The notes: a model not told the origin generated them from the letters alone. A DNA stretch of 64,000 bases from Oceanispirochaeta sp. (GCA_963666275.2 CAXXOA010000002.1:416001-480000); one strand, 5' to 3'. Positions 8,680 to 19,290 are shown, numbered from the stretch's first letter. A program made the numbers and translations.

Positions 8680-10245
8680 ATGCTTTTTCTTTCACACATT
8701 CTGCAGCAGCTTGAGCCGTATTTAATCTTTGCCAGTAAAAAACAGCCCTACAGTACATGCCCGTCCAGAATCGAATTTATTGAGAATCAGAAAGCCTTTA
8801 CCTCTGACAGAACATGGATAGGTTCGGGGGAGCAGGCTGTCAATCAGCTTGAAGGAACCAGCATTGAACCGGGGGCCGTTATATTTATATGTGACAGCAA
8901 GGCCGGGAACACCAGCCAGGACAGACAGAAAAATTTCTCCTGGATATATGTCAGCTGTCCCGCCTCGACCCTTTTCAACATTCTCAATGCCTCGTTATGT
9001 CAGATCCAGCAGTGGACGGAAACCTTCTGTGCAGCTTCCGACCAGTCTCTCCAGAAAACTCTTTCCTGTGCCGCTGATCTTTCAGCAACATCTCTTATTC
9101 TCATTAATCCCGATAACCGCATGATTCTGAGCAGCAGACTGGATGAGAGCACCTACCTGAAAGAGAAACTGGACGATTCCGGAAGCATAGCGGGATATTT
9201 TCTGGAGGATATATTCTCAGGAGAAAAATCCCGGAATCTGCCTGTGAAATATTCAGTTCCTGATAGTCAGGTCGCCGTTTATGGTCAGAAAATATTCCAT
9301 GGAGAGACACATATAAGTACTCTACTCCTGGAAGACAGCCGCAGCCGGACGGATATGGATTTTCCGGGGTTATGCTTTTCTCTTGTCCAGGGCCTGTACC
9401 GGCATATAATCCCTACCAATATTCTTCGTCTGGGAACAAATACAATGAAATTTCAGGAAATCTGGCATGAGATTATGACGCAGAAACTCACCCAGTCCTT
9501 TGATGTCCTGAAAGCCCTGGACGGCCTTCCCTATCCGACGGAGATATTTGTCAGGGTGATTGTCGTCACCTTCCAGAACATGGATACTGAACAGACCCCT
9601 TTCAGTTTTGTGCTGGCTCAGCTCCGGGATGTTTTACCCGACTGCAATATGACTGTGTATGAGAATGAAATCATTATACTCAGGACCTACTGTGAAAGAT
9701 GCTTTGAACCAAACCTTGAAAAAAACCGCCTTCTGGCCATACTGGAACGGCATAACTGTTACGTGGGCATCAGCAATGGTACCAGAGACTACGGAACCCT
9801 CCGATCCCTCTATCTACTGGCAAAGAATACGATCCTGCTGGCAAAAAAACTCAGTCATAAACAGGGGGAAAGAATTTTTTTCCATGAAGAGTTCTGGATC
9901 TACAACGCCATCGATATGTGCGCCCATAAATTTGTCGAACTCCACCATCATGATGACATTATCTATCTGATCCATCCTGCGATAATCCATATCACAAGAT
10001 ACGACAAACAGCACAATACCAATCTGAGGGATACCTTATTCTACTATCTGCTGAATGACCGGAACCTTGTGAAAACTGCTACGGTCACATTTGCCCATCG
10101 CAACACGGTACTCAACAAAGTGAATAAAATTGACAAAATTATCAATCTGGACCTGGAAGACGGTTCTCTCCGGCAGAGGCTGATTTTCTCCTGTGAGATG
10201 ATTCGCTACTACGAAAAGTACATGAATAAACAGCTGAAAGTCTGA
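8680..10245 (+). CDS. PucR/CdaR family transcriptional regulator
   Basis: C-terminal YDKQHNTNLRDTLFYYLLNDRNLVKTATVTFAHRNTVLNKVNKI (PucR-type HTH), preceded by a GGDEF-like region with VGISN. Confidence 0.88.
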   Translation: MLFLSHILQQLEPYLIFASKKQPYSTCPSRIEFIENQKAFTSDRTWIGSGEQAVNQLEGTSIEPGAVIFICDSKAGNTSQDRQKNFSWIYVSCPASTLFNILNASLCQIQQWTETFCAASDQSLQKTLSCAADLSATSLILINPDNRMILSSRLDESTYLKEKLDDSGSIAGYFLEDIFSGEKSRNLPVKYSVPDSQVAVYGQKIFHGETHISTLLLEDSRSRTDMDFPGLCFSLVQGLYRHIIPTNILRLGTNTMKFQEIWHEIMTQKLTQSFDVLKALDGLPYPTEIFVRVIVVTFQNMDTEQTPFSFVLAQLRDVLPDCNMTVYENEIIILRTYCERCFEPNLEKNRLLAILERHNCYVGISNGTRDYGTLRSLYLLAKNTILLAKKLSHKQGERIFFHEEFWIYNAIDMCAHKFVELHHHDDIIYLIHPAIIHITRYDKQHNTNLRDTLFYYLLNDRNLVKTATVTFAHRNTVLNKVNKIDKIINLDLEDGSLRQRLIFSCEMIRYYEKYMNKQLKV

Positions 10246-10388
10246 AAACAGGCCCCCTTTTGCGTCCTCTTCTGCCCCTCCCCCAAGGGGTGTAATCATA
10301 CCAAACACATCCCCTGAAATAAGTTAGCCCTGCAAAGATGCCGGTCGGATTTTTGACTTAATCAGTCATGTTTATTAGTTTATAAAGT

Positions 10389-12398
10389 ATGGAACACAAG
10401 AAAAACATGCAATCACATCAAAAGCACGGGAACCATCATAGTCATACAGATCACCATAGAATGATGATCAGAGATTTTCGTAAACGCTTTTACATAACTC
10501 TTGTTCTGGCGATTCCAGTACTGGCTCTCTCCCCGCTCATTCAGAACGTTCTGGGATTTTCCCTTCAGTTTCCGGGAGATTCCTATGCGGTGTTTCTTTT
10601 TGCCTCTGTCATCTTCTTTTACGGAGGCTGGCCCTTTCTAAAAGGTCTGGCAGATGAGCTTAAAAACAGAAGTCCGGGAATGATGACTCTTATAGGAATG
10701 GCCGTTTCCATTGCCTTCCTCTACAGTGCTGCCGTTACCTTCGGCCTGGAAGGGACCCCCTTCTACTGGGAACTGGCGACACTGATCGCTATCATGCTGG
10801 CCGGCCACTGGATCGAAATGGCCTCGGTCCTAAGCGCCTCGTCGGCTCTTGAAAAACTGGCACGGCTCATGCCTTCGGAAGCCCACAGGAAAAAGGGAGA
10901 TAAAACGGAAGACATCCCTCTGTCGGATGTTGAAAAAGGAGATCTCCTCCTTATAAAGCCCGGAGAAAAGATCCCTTCCGACGGAACCATCACAGACGGG
11001 GAGAGCTATATTGACGAATCCATGCTCACCGGGGAATCCAGGCCGGTTAAGAAGACGGAGGGAGATTCTCTTATCGGAGGATCAATCAACGGAGACGGCG
11101 CCATCGAGCTTCAGGTGGACAGCACAGGGGAGGAGTCCTACCTTTCCACGGTGATAAACATGGTACAGGATGCCCAGGCGGTGAAATCAAAAACTCAGGC
11201 CCTGTCGGACAGGGCTGCTTTCTGGCTGACCATTGTAGCCCTCACAGCGGGGTTTACGACCCTTGCAGCCTGGCTTCTGGCAGGGTGGGATCTTCAGTTT
11301 GCCATAACAAGGATGGCCACTGTGATGGTTATTACCTGTCCCCATGCTCTGGGGCTGGCAATCCCTCTGGTTGTGTCGGTATCCACTTCCAAATCCGCTC
11401 AGAACGGACTTCTTATCCATAACAGAACCGCCTTTGAAAACGCCCGGAAAATTACAACCGTTGTATTTGATAAGACCGGAACCCTTACAGAGGGAAATTT
11501 CGTCATCCAGTCCATAGAGACATATGGAGAAAATTTTGATGAAGAGGCCATTCTGAAAAATGCGGCGGCCCTGGAAGTCCGATCGGAACATCCCATTGGG
11601 AAGAGTATCCTGGAAGGAGCCTCTGAAAGGGATATAGAACCGGAAAAGGTTGAGGATTTCCAGTCTGTAAAGGGAAAGGGCGTCAGCGGTACAGTATCAG
11701 GAAGAAAGGTGGAGGTTGTCAGTCCCGGTTACCTTGAAGAACAGGGGATTGAGATTCCCGGGAAATCCGAGGATAAAGGAAATATCACTAGGGTTTTTGT
11801 CCTGATAGAAGGATCCCTGGCAGGATCGATCTCCCTATCAGATACAATCCGCCCCGAATCCCGCCGCTCGATCCGCACCCTGCAGAAAAAGGGAATCAAA
11901 TGCTGGATGCTCACAGGAGACAACAGGGCAACAGCAGAAGCTGTGGCATCCGAGCTGGGTATGGATGGTGTTTTTGCCGAAGTCCTTCCTGATGAAAAAC
12001 AGGAAAAGATCAAAGAACTCCAGAATAAAGGGGAGTTTGTGGCAATGACGGGAGACGGAGTCAATGACTCTCCAGCACTGGCTCAGGCGGACATTGGAAT
12101 CGCCGTCGGCTCAGGAACAGATGTGGCCGCCGCATCGGCGGATATTATCCTTATGAACTCCAATCCTCAGGATATCAGTGCCCTGATTATCTTCGGCAGA
12201 GCCACCTACAAAAAAATGGTTCAGAATCTCATCTGGGCCAGCGGGTACAATATTATAACCATCCCCCTGGCGGCAGGAGTCCTTTTTCACTGGGGAATCC
12301 TGCTTTCCCCGGAAGTCGGCGCTATCCTGATGTCCCTCTCCACAGTCATTGTGGCAGTGAATGCCCGGTTTCTCAAACTGCATAAAGAAATAGACTGA
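10389..12398 (+). CDS. copB: Heavy-metal (copper) translocating P1B-3 type ATPase
   Basis: His-rich N-terminus, TGES, CPH transmembrane motif (ITCPHALGLA), DKTGTLT, SEHP, GDGVND, YN and MSLST motifs. Confidence 0.92.
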   Translation: MEHKKNMQSHQKHGNHHSHTDHHRMMIRDFRKRFYITLVLAIPVLALSPLIQNVLGFSLQFPGDSYAVFLFASVIFFYGGWPFLKGLADELKNRSPGMMTLIGMAVSIAFLYSAAVTFGLEGTPFYWELATLIAIMLAGHWIEMASVLSASSALEKLARLMPSEAHRKKGDKTEDIPLSDVEKGDLLLIKPGEKIPSDGTITDGESYIDESMLTGESRPVKKTEGDSLIGGSINGDGAIELQVDSTGEESYLSTVINMVQDAQAVKSKTQALSDRAAFWLTIVALTAGFTTLAAWLLAGWDLQFAITRMATVMVITCPHALGLAIPLVVSVSTSKSAQNGLLIHNRTAFENARKITTVVFDKTGTLTEGNFVIQSIETYGENFDEEAILKNAAALEVRSEHPIGKSILEGASERDIEPEKVEDFQSVKGKGVSGTVSGRKVEVVSPGYLEEQGIEIPGKSEDKGNITRVFVLIEGSLAGSISLSDTIRPESRRSIRTLQKKGIKCWMLTGDNRATAEAVASELGMDGVFAEVLPDEKQEKIKELQNKGEFVAMTGDGVNDSPALAQADIGIAVGSGTDVAAASADIILMNSNPQDISALIIFGRATYKKMVQNLIWASGYNIITIPLAAGVLFHWGILLSPEVGAILMSLSTVIVAVNARFLKLHKEID

Positions 12399-12413
12399 TC
12401 CGTCAGTTCCCCA

Positions 12414-12453
12414 GAAACCCTCTGTATGATAAACCGCAGAGGGTTTCCTTTTT
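12414..12453 (+). terminator. Intrinsic terminator after copB
   Basis: GAAACCCTCTG...CAGAGGGTTTC 11-bp stem followed by CTTTTT. Confidence 0.75.
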
Positions 12454-12568
12454 ACTCCCGTTTTTTTTTCAAATCTTCAATCTTCAAATATTCAAACTAT
12501 AAAAAAACTTCTGTATCCTAAAACTAACCAATAGTCAGAAAGATACCTCCGCTAGAAAGGAAGAAAGA

Positions 12569-12994
12569 ATGGAAGCTGTAGCAGATAAAACGGAAAGAAA
12601 GATGGAAGTATCCCTTCCCATCAAAGTAAAAAGTTATGAAATCGATGTGATGGGAATTGTGAGCAACATCAATTATATAAAATACTTCGAAGATATCCGG
12701 ACGGAATTCCTGGACCGGTACTATCCCTACGATGAGATGGTCAGAGAGGGGATTTCTCCCATTCTGATGCATACGGAAATTGACTATAAATTCCCTCTGA
12801 CCATCTATGATAAACCTGTAGGCACAGCCTGGGTCACACAGCTTGAAAAGATGCGCTGGGAATTCCAGTTTGAAATTGCCTGCGGAAAGAGGATCCATGC
12901 CACGGGCCTCCAGAGAGGCACCTTTTTCGACATGAATAAAAACCGCCCCACCCGGGTACCGGAACGTTTATCAGAGCAGTTCCTCAGGGAATAG
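12569..12994 (+). CDS. Acyl-CoA thioesterase (4HBT/YbgC hot-dog fold)
   Basis: EIDVMGIVSNINYIKYFEDIR motif, EIDYKFPL; 141 aa. Confidence 0.85.
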   Translation: MEAVADKTERKMEVSLPIKVKSYEIDVMGIVSNINYIKYFEDIRTEFLDRYYPYDEMVREGISPILMHTEIDYKFPLTIYDKPVGTAWVTQLEKMRWEFQFEIACGKRIHATGLQRGTFFDMNKNRPTRVPERLSEQFLRE

Positions 12995-13030
12995 CCGCAG
13001 CACCCGGCAGGGATGAACAAACTCCTGATT

Positions 13031-14221
13031 TCAACTTTCTGCCGCAGCCTCAAGAGCCTGATCTATATCGTTGAGAATATCCCGGGAATCTTCCAGCCCC
13101 AGAGAGAGCCTGACCAGACCGTCTGAAATACCCGATGCCGCCCTTTCCTCAGGAGAAAGTTTGGCGTGGGTTGTCGTTGCCGGATGGGTGGCAATACTCC
13201 GGGAGTCCCCCAGATTGGACGTTAAAGAGATCATCTTCAGATTATTGAGGAATTTCATAGCGCCCTGACTGCCCCCGGGAAGTTCGAAGGATACAAGGGC
13301 TCCCCCTTTCTTCATCTGCTTTTCTGCAAGACTGAAACCGGGATGAGAAGGAAGCCCCGGATAGAGAACCCTCCCGACTCCTCTGCGGGATTCCAGAAAT
13401 TCCGCGGTCTGCCTGGCATTATCGCAATGCCTGTCCATCCTCAGTGAGAGAGTCTCCAGGCTCTTGGAGAGAATCCAGGCATTAAAGGGAGAGAGAGCCG
13501 GACCGGTCTGTCTTGTGAAAAACCGGATTTCATCTATTGTTTCCCTTTGTCCCAGGATCGCTCCTCCCAGAACGCGGCCCTGTCCATCCAGAAACTTTGT
13601 TGCCGAATGAAGGACAATATCCGCTCCCAGAACTGCAGGATTCTGTAAAACCGGAGTAGCAAAGCAGTTATCCACAGCCAGAAGAATACCCCTGGAACCT
13701 GCCAGTTCTGCCAGGGCTCCTATATCCAGGATTTCGAGGCAGGGATTGGAGGGTGTCTCAATAAACAGCATTTTTGTTTCCGGCCGCAGCGCTTTTTCCC
13801 ACTCCTTTGGATCAGAAGAATCCACATAGGTAAAATCGATTCCCCAACGGGGAAGGATCCGTGTAATGATCTGATGGGTAGAACCGAATAGTGCCCGGGA
13901 GGCGACCAGATGATCCCCCTGTTTCAGAAGGGATGCAAGAGCTCCGAACATGGCGGCCATACCGGAAGCAGTGGCCAGACCGTCTTCGGTTCCCTCGAGA
14001 AAACAGAGCTTGTCAATCAGCTCATCCGTGTTGGGATTGCCGTAGCGGGAATACACAAGCCCCTCTTCCTCACCGGCAAAAGTATCTCTTGCCTGTTCCG
14101 CCGAATCAAAGACAAAACTGGAAGTCAGATAAAGGGGCTGGGAGTGCTCCCTGAAGTTTGATCGGGCCTGCTGTCTTCTAATGGCCCCGGTGTCGGGCTG
14201 CCAGGAATCATTTATGGGCAT
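13031..14221 (-). CDS. metZ: O-succinylhomoserine sulfhydrylase (Cys/Met metabolism PLP enzyme)
   Basis: EHSQPLYLTSSFVF, YSRYGNP, ASGMAA, VDNCFATP, HSATKFLDGQGRVLGG (PLP lysine), HPATTTH. Confidence 0.87.
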   Translation of the reverse strand: MPINDSWQPDTGAIRRQQARSNFREHSQPLYLTSSFVFDSAEQARDTFAGEEEGLVYSRYGNPNTDELIDKLCFLEGTEDGLATASGMAAMFGALASLLKQGDHLVASRALFGSTHQIITRILPRWGIDFTYVDSSDPKEWEKALRPETKMLFIETPSNPCLEILDIGALAELAGSRGILLAVDNCFATPVLQNPAVLGADIVLHSATKFLDGQGRVLGGAILGQRETIDEIRFFTRQTGPALSPFNAWILSKSLETLSLRMDRHCDNARQTAEFLESRRGVGRVLYPGLPSHPGFSLAEKQMKKGGALVSFELPGGSQGAMKFLNNLKMISLTSNLGDSRSIATHPATTTHAKLSPEERAASGISDGLVRLSLGLEDSRDILNDIDQALEAAAES

Positions 14222-14664
14222 CAGCGGTCTCCTTCCCGGGCCACGTCGGCCTGGTGTATTTCATAACTGTAGGTTATATCAACCGAAGCCTTCAGCATTT
14301 CAACCACAGAGCAGTACTTGGTCACAGCAAGCTCCACGGCCCTTCCGGCTTTTCTGTCATCCACCCGGCCGAAAAGGTGATAGGTCAGATGGATGCTCTT
14401 AAAGGGATGGACATCCCCTGTATCAAAACGCTCGCCTTCAATATTGATCTGAATGTCTTTCAGATCCTGTCTCTGTTTTTTCAGTATGGCAACCAGATCC
14501 ATGACAGAACAGGATCCCACAGAAGCAAGGACCAGTTCCATCGGCCGAAATCCTCCCTGTACTCCTCCGATTGAGGGAGGTCCATCTATTAGGATCTCAT
14601 TCCCGTCGCTGTTGAGAGCGGCAAAATTGACATCATCATTAATCCGTTTTAACTGTACTTTCAT
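14221..14664 (-). CDS. OsmC/YhfA-like protein
   Basis: GFRPMELVLASVGSCS and AVTKYCSV two-Cys pattern; TGATG stop/start overlap with metZ. Confidence 0.87.
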   Translation of the reverse strand: MKVQLKRINDDVNFAALNSDGNEILIDGPPSIGGVQGGFRPMELVLASVGSCSVMDLVAILKKQRQDLKDIQINIEGERFDTGDVHPFKSIHLTYHLFGRVDDRKAGRAVELAVTKYCSVVEMLKASVDITYSYEIHQADVAREGDR

Positions 14665-14705
14665 CTATTTCCTCTCTTCCCTGTTTTCTCACATAACAGG
14701 AGAAT

Positions 14706-15605
14706 TCAACTGTAGAGACCTGTTGTCAGGTACCTGTCACCCCGGTCGCAGATGACAGTCACCACGACCCCGCCACAGACACCTTTTTTATCCAATTCCT
14801 GAGCCACCTGCAGGGCAGTATACACGTTTCCTCCGCTGGAGATTCCACCGAAGATCCCCTCTTCCCGGGCAAGCCGCCTCATGGTCTCTACCGCATCAGA
14901 GCGGGAAACTTCAATGGGCCGGTCAATCCGTTCGGGTTCATAAATGGCGGGAAGGTATTTTTCAGGCCAGGCCCGGATACCGGGAATACCGCCATCCGCA
15001 TCGGGTCTTACCGCAATGATTTCAATCCGGGAATTCTGCTCTTTCAGAAACTTTGATACTCCCATAATGGTTCCGGTGGATCCGGTGGAAGCCACAAAAT
15101 GGGTGATCTTTCCTGTAGTGTCATCCCATATTTCTGGGCCTGTCGTCGTATAATGTGCCTTGGGATTGGAGGGATTGCCAAACTGGTTGAGTATGACTCC
15201 CCGGCCGCTTTTCTCCATCTCCCGGGCTTTTTCAATAGCCCCCTCCATTGCCTGATCCCGTGCGGTCAGGACAATTTCCGCGCCGAAGGCTTTCATGGTA
15301 TCCACCCTTTCACGGCTCATATGTTCAGGCATAACCAGGATCATTTTCATACCCCTCAGTCCGGCCACCATAGCCAGGGCAATCCCTGTATTTCCACTGG
15401 TCGCTTCAATCAGGGTATCCCCTTTCCGGATTCTGCCGCTCTCTTCCGCATCCTTAATCATCTGAAGTGCCGGCCGATCCTTGACGGATCCTCCGGGATT
15501 CTGACCTTCCAGTTTTACATACACTTCCGTATTGCCCGTATAAATATGATTCAGTCTCACAAGGGGCGTTTTTCCAATGAGCTGTTCTATTCCTATATAG
15601 GTCAT
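14706..15605 (-). CDS. cysM: Cysteine synthase B
   Basis: KLEGQNPGGSVKDRPA (PLP Lys), EATSGNTG, IPGIRAWP (CysM-type), CDRGDRYL. Confidence 0.9.
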   Translation of the reverse strand: MTYIGIEQLIGKTPLVRLNHIYTGNTEVYVKLEGQNPGGSVKDRPALQMIKDAEESGRIRKGDTLIEATSGNTGIALAMVAGLRGMKMILVMPEHMSRERVDTMKAFGAEIVLTARDQAMEGAIEKAREMEKSGRGVILNQFGNPSNPKAHYTTTGPEIWDDTTGKITHFVASTGSTGTIMGVSKFLKEQNSRIEIIAVRPDADGGIPGIRAWPEKYLPAIYEPERIDRPIEVSRSDAVETMRRLAREEGIFGGISSGGNVYTALQVAQELDKKGVCGGVVVTVICDRGDRYLTTGLYS

Positions 15606-15785
15606 CTATATCTCCTCAAATGCGCCGGATACCTTATTATTACAATATACTATAATTTCTATCAATATAGTAGTATATGTTTCCAGTGAATTTTCCGCCT
15701 GTTTCCCCGTGTCAGTTTTTTCTTCAGAAAAAGAAAGATTGCTTTTCTCTGTATCCCTGTAATAATGGAAGAGAGGAGGATTTCT

Positions 15786-16649
15786 ATGCAGAAAAGACCA
15801 TACGGAAAATCCGGGATAGACCTCTCGGTCATAGGCTTCGGGGGAATACTTGTCACAGATGAATCCAAAGCAGACGCAAGTCGCATTGTCTCAAAGGCGA
15901 TAGAAACGGGAATCAACTATTTCGATGTGGCCCCCTCCTATGGAAATGCCCAGGAGATGCTGGGGCCTGCCCTGGCTCCCTATAGGAAGGATGTCTTTCT
16001 GGCATGCAAAACCAATGTGCGGGATGCAGAGGGCGCCAGAAAGGATATGGAAAACTCTTTCCGTCTTCTCAAGACCGACTGGTTCGACCTCTATCAGCTT
16101 CATGGTGCTGCGGGCAGAGAGGAAACGGAAAAGATACTGGCCCCCGGGGGCGCACTGGAAACTCTGGATAAAGCCAAACAGAGAGGGGATGTCCGCTTCC
16201 TCGGATTTTCTGCCCACAGTGAAGAAGCCGCCCTGACCCTGATGGAAGCCTACGATTTTGATTCCATTCTCTTTCCGGTTAACTGGATTACCTGGTTCAG
16301 CGGAGACTTCGGCAGAAAAGTACTCCCTGCAGCCAGAAAAAAAGGGCTATCCATCCTGGCATTGAAAAGCCTGGCGAAAATGGCAATTCCCCAGGGCCAA
16401 CCCCGACCGGAGGAAAAAGCCTGGTACCATCCTGTAGAATCCTATGAAGAGGCTCTCAGAGGGCTGCGGTTTACATTGGGAACAGAAGGAGTTACAGCGG
16501 CAGTCAGCCCCGGAGTGGAACAGCTCTTTGACTGGATGGTAAAGGCGGAAAAGGAGTGGACTCCTCTTTCAGAACAGGAGCTGAAGCAGATGAAAGCCGA
16601 TGCCGGAGACAAAAGCCTGATTTTTGATGCTAACCACTCGCAATGGTAA
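15786..16649 (+). CDS. Aldo/keto reductase
   Basis: SVIGFGG, INYFDVAPSYG, FLACKT, DLYQLH, LGFSAH; start placed at MQKRP after a GAGGAGGA RBS. Confidence 0.88.
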   Translation: MQKRPYGKSGIDLSVIGFGGILVTDESKADASRIVSKAIETGINYFDVAPSYGNAQEMLGPALAPYRKDVFLACKTNVRDAEGARKDMENSFRLLKTDWFDLYQLHGAAGREETEKILAPGGALETLDKAKQRGDVRFLGFSAHSEEAALTLMEAYDFDSILFPVNWITWFSGDFGRKVLPAARKKGLSILALKSLAKMAIPQGQPRPEEKAWYHPVESYEEALRGLRFTLGTEGVTAAVSPGVEQLFDWMVKAEKEWTPLSEQELKQMKADAGDKSLIFDANHSQW

Positions 16650-16710
16650 AAGTACCGGGGTTGTAATATGATTACCGATGTATAAATGACGCGATGAATC
16701 TTTTTCAGAA

Positions 16711-16756
16711 TGTAAACGCTTTCATTATTTAATGAATATTATTGTGAACGCTTTCA
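16711..16756. promoter_or_regulatory. Two LacI-family (cre-like) operators
   Basis: TGTAAACGCTTTCA (16711-16724) and TGTGAACGCTTTCA (16743-16756), 32 bp apart, upstream of an operon that ends in a LacI gene. Confidence 0.7.
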
Positions 16757-16854
16757 TTTTCCTCTATATTTCAAAGGAATACACCTCAGATCAGACTCAT
16801 ATTTGAAATTTTTGGAACAGGAGACTGAATCCAGTTTCCGGGAGCAAGGTAAAA

Positions 16855-17766
16855 ATGGAAGCACAATGGAATCCCCCTGCAGTGGTAACAGCCCAAATTC
16901 CCCATGGCGATATGCCTGGAGATAAAATTCTTATAGATGAAAAGCACCGTGAAATAGCAGAAACAATTTACAGGCGGCTCCGACAGGAAGAATCCCTGCA
17001 GAAAGGCGACAGGATCGTCGTATCCGTTTACGGCGGATCCGGTGTGGGTAAATCTGAAACGGCATCTCTTCTGGCCTACTTTCTTAACAGTGAAGGCCAT
17101 AGGACCTATATCCTTTCCGGTGATAACTATCCCAGAAGGATTCCTGAAAGCAATGATATAGAACGACTGGGAGTCTTCCGCAATGCCGGCCTGAGCGCCC
17201 TGGCCGCTAGAGAAGACTTTCAGAACATCTTTTCAAAAGAGCTGGAAGCTCTGAAAAAAGAAATGCTTGATATACTCCCTGCATCAGATCCCTTTATAGA
17301 TCCGGAGTGGCTGAAAGCCTATAAACAGGAGGGAGCTCAGGCTCTGCGAGAGTATCTCGGCACTTCAAAAGAGATTCAGTTTACTCTGCTCAACAGGGTC
17401 ATAGAAAAATTTAAAACCGGTGAAGCCGCCATAAACCTGAAACGGATGGGCCGGACAGAAAATGATATATACCTGGAAAAAATGGATTTTACAGACAAGC
17501 AGGTTCTGCTTATAGAATGGACCCACGGGAATAACCCTCTGCTGATGGGAGTGGACTATCCCGTATTCCTTTACAGCTCCCCTGCCGAAACTCTTGAGCA
17601 CAGGAAAAACAGGGCCAGAGACAGCAATACAGAAACCCATCTGATCTCCCTGGTACTGCAGCTGGAGCATGATATGCTGATGCAACAGCTGGAATCCGCA
17701 AAACTGATTGTCAGTAAAAAGAACAGGATCCTGACTCCCGCCGATATCAGGGAGGTTCTGAAATGA
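16855..17766 (+). CDS. P-loop kinase (uridine kinase/APS-kinase-like) of unknown substrate
   Basis: VVSVYGGSGVGKSE Walker A, LSGDNYP, LLIEWTHG; ATGA overlap with the downstream phosphorylase gene. Confidence 0.7.
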   Translation: MEAQWNPPAVVTAQIPHGDMPGDKILIDEKHREIAETIYRRLRQEESLQKGDRIVVSVYGGSGVGKSETASLLAYFLNSEGHRTYILSGDNYPRRIPESNDIERLGVFRNAGLSALAAREDFQNIFSKELEALKKEMLDILPASDPFIDPEWLKAYKQEGAQALREYLGTSKEIQFTLLNRVIEKFKTGEAAINLKRMGRTENDIYLEKMDFTDKQVLLIEWTHGNNPLLMGVDYPVFLYSSPAETLEHRKNRARDSNTETHLISLVLQLEHDMLMQQLESAKLIVSKKNRILTPADIREVLK

Positions 17767-19290
17767 AAGAAAGTTGTCAATCAACCGGGCTCAGGGGAGT
17801 CATGTTCAATGCCTATCCCGACAGTATCGGCGGCTGTCTCAGATCTCAGATAGATCTGCTACAAAGGGAAATTTTCCGTAACTGCTTTTCAGTTTTTTAT
17901 ATCCTCCCTTCCCTTTTTAAAACAGATCTGGATAGGGGTTTTTCCATTCAGTCCTACGACCTGGACAGCTCTCTGGCAGACATAAATGATCTGAGGGAAC
18001 TCAGTAAAATGGGAATCAGATTAAAACTTGATTTTGTCCTGAATCATCTTTCAGTTCTTTCCCCCCAGTTTCAGGATCTACTCTCTAAAGGAGATCAGTC
18101 GAAATTCAGGGACTTCTTCATTGACTGGAATGAATTCTGGGAAGGAAAAGGAGAATCCGACAGCAGAGGCTGCCTTGTTCCTGACAGGGAATACCTGGAT
18201 AAACTTTTTATGAGAAAACCGGGTCTTCCGGTTCTGGAACTCCCCTTTCCCGACGGCTCCCGCAGATTCTACTGGAATACCTTCTATCAGGAAGTGATAG
18301 AAAGCCCTGAAGGGACAGGCTATCTGGGACAGATGGACCTGAATGCCCGGTCTCCGGAAGTATGGCATTTCTACGGGGAGACCCTGAAAAAACTGAAGAA
18401 CTATGGGGCGGAAATTGTCAGACTCGACGCCTTTGCCTACCTGCATAAAGATCAGGGACAGTCCAACTTTTTCAACAGGCCGGGAACATGGGAGATCCTG
18501 GAGAAGCTCCGTCTGATGGCAAAGCAGGAGGATCTTACACTCCTTCCGGAAATTCACAGCACCTACGGGGAGATGCTTCACAGGGAGCTCTCGACGGCAG
18601 GCTTTATGTTTTATGATTTCTTTTTCCCCGGCCTGATCCTGTTGGCCCTGGAAACAGGGGACACGGACAAACTGCTGGAATGGACAGAAGAGATCCGGAA
18701 GCATGATTATAAAACTGTGAATATGCTGGGCTGCCATGACGGGATTCCCCTGCTGGATCTGAAAGGCCTGATAGAGGAGGAACAGATAGAAGAGCTCTTT
18801 CAGATTATTCAGAACCGGGGAGGAAGGGTGAAAAACCTCTACGGCCCTGATGGTGAGAAGATCTCCTACTATCAGGTGAACGCCACATTTTTCAGTGCCC
18901 TCGGCGAAAGTGAGGAAAAAATGCTCCTGGCCAGGGCGGTACAGCTCTTCATGCCCGGAATTCCCCAGATCTGGTATCTTGATCTTCTGGGGGGAAAAAA
19001 CGACACGGAAAAAGCGGACAGGGAAGGACATAAAGAGATAAACAGAACAGACTTCTCCCGGGAAAAGACAGAAGAATGCCTGGGATCTTCTCTGGTTCAG
19101 AAACAGTTAAACCTGATCCGCTTCAGGAATACCTTTCCCGCCTTCACTCCCGATGCGGAACTTTCCGTTCAGACAGGAACAGAGAAGAATCAATTGACCT
19201 TCCAATGGAAAAAGGGAGACTGCACAGCCCGGCTGGATGCGGATTTCCTCACCTTTGATTTTAGAATACATTGGACTGAGAATGAAAAAG

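Noticed and set aside
10274..10294. CCCC-AA-GGGG as a CsoR operator for copB
   Set aside because: Weak match, about 100 bp from the gene, and could equally belong to a hairpin after the PucR gene.
15606..15785. SAM or T-box riboswitch upstream of cysM-metZ
   Set aside because: Short AT-rich divergent intergenic region with no recognisable conserved elements.
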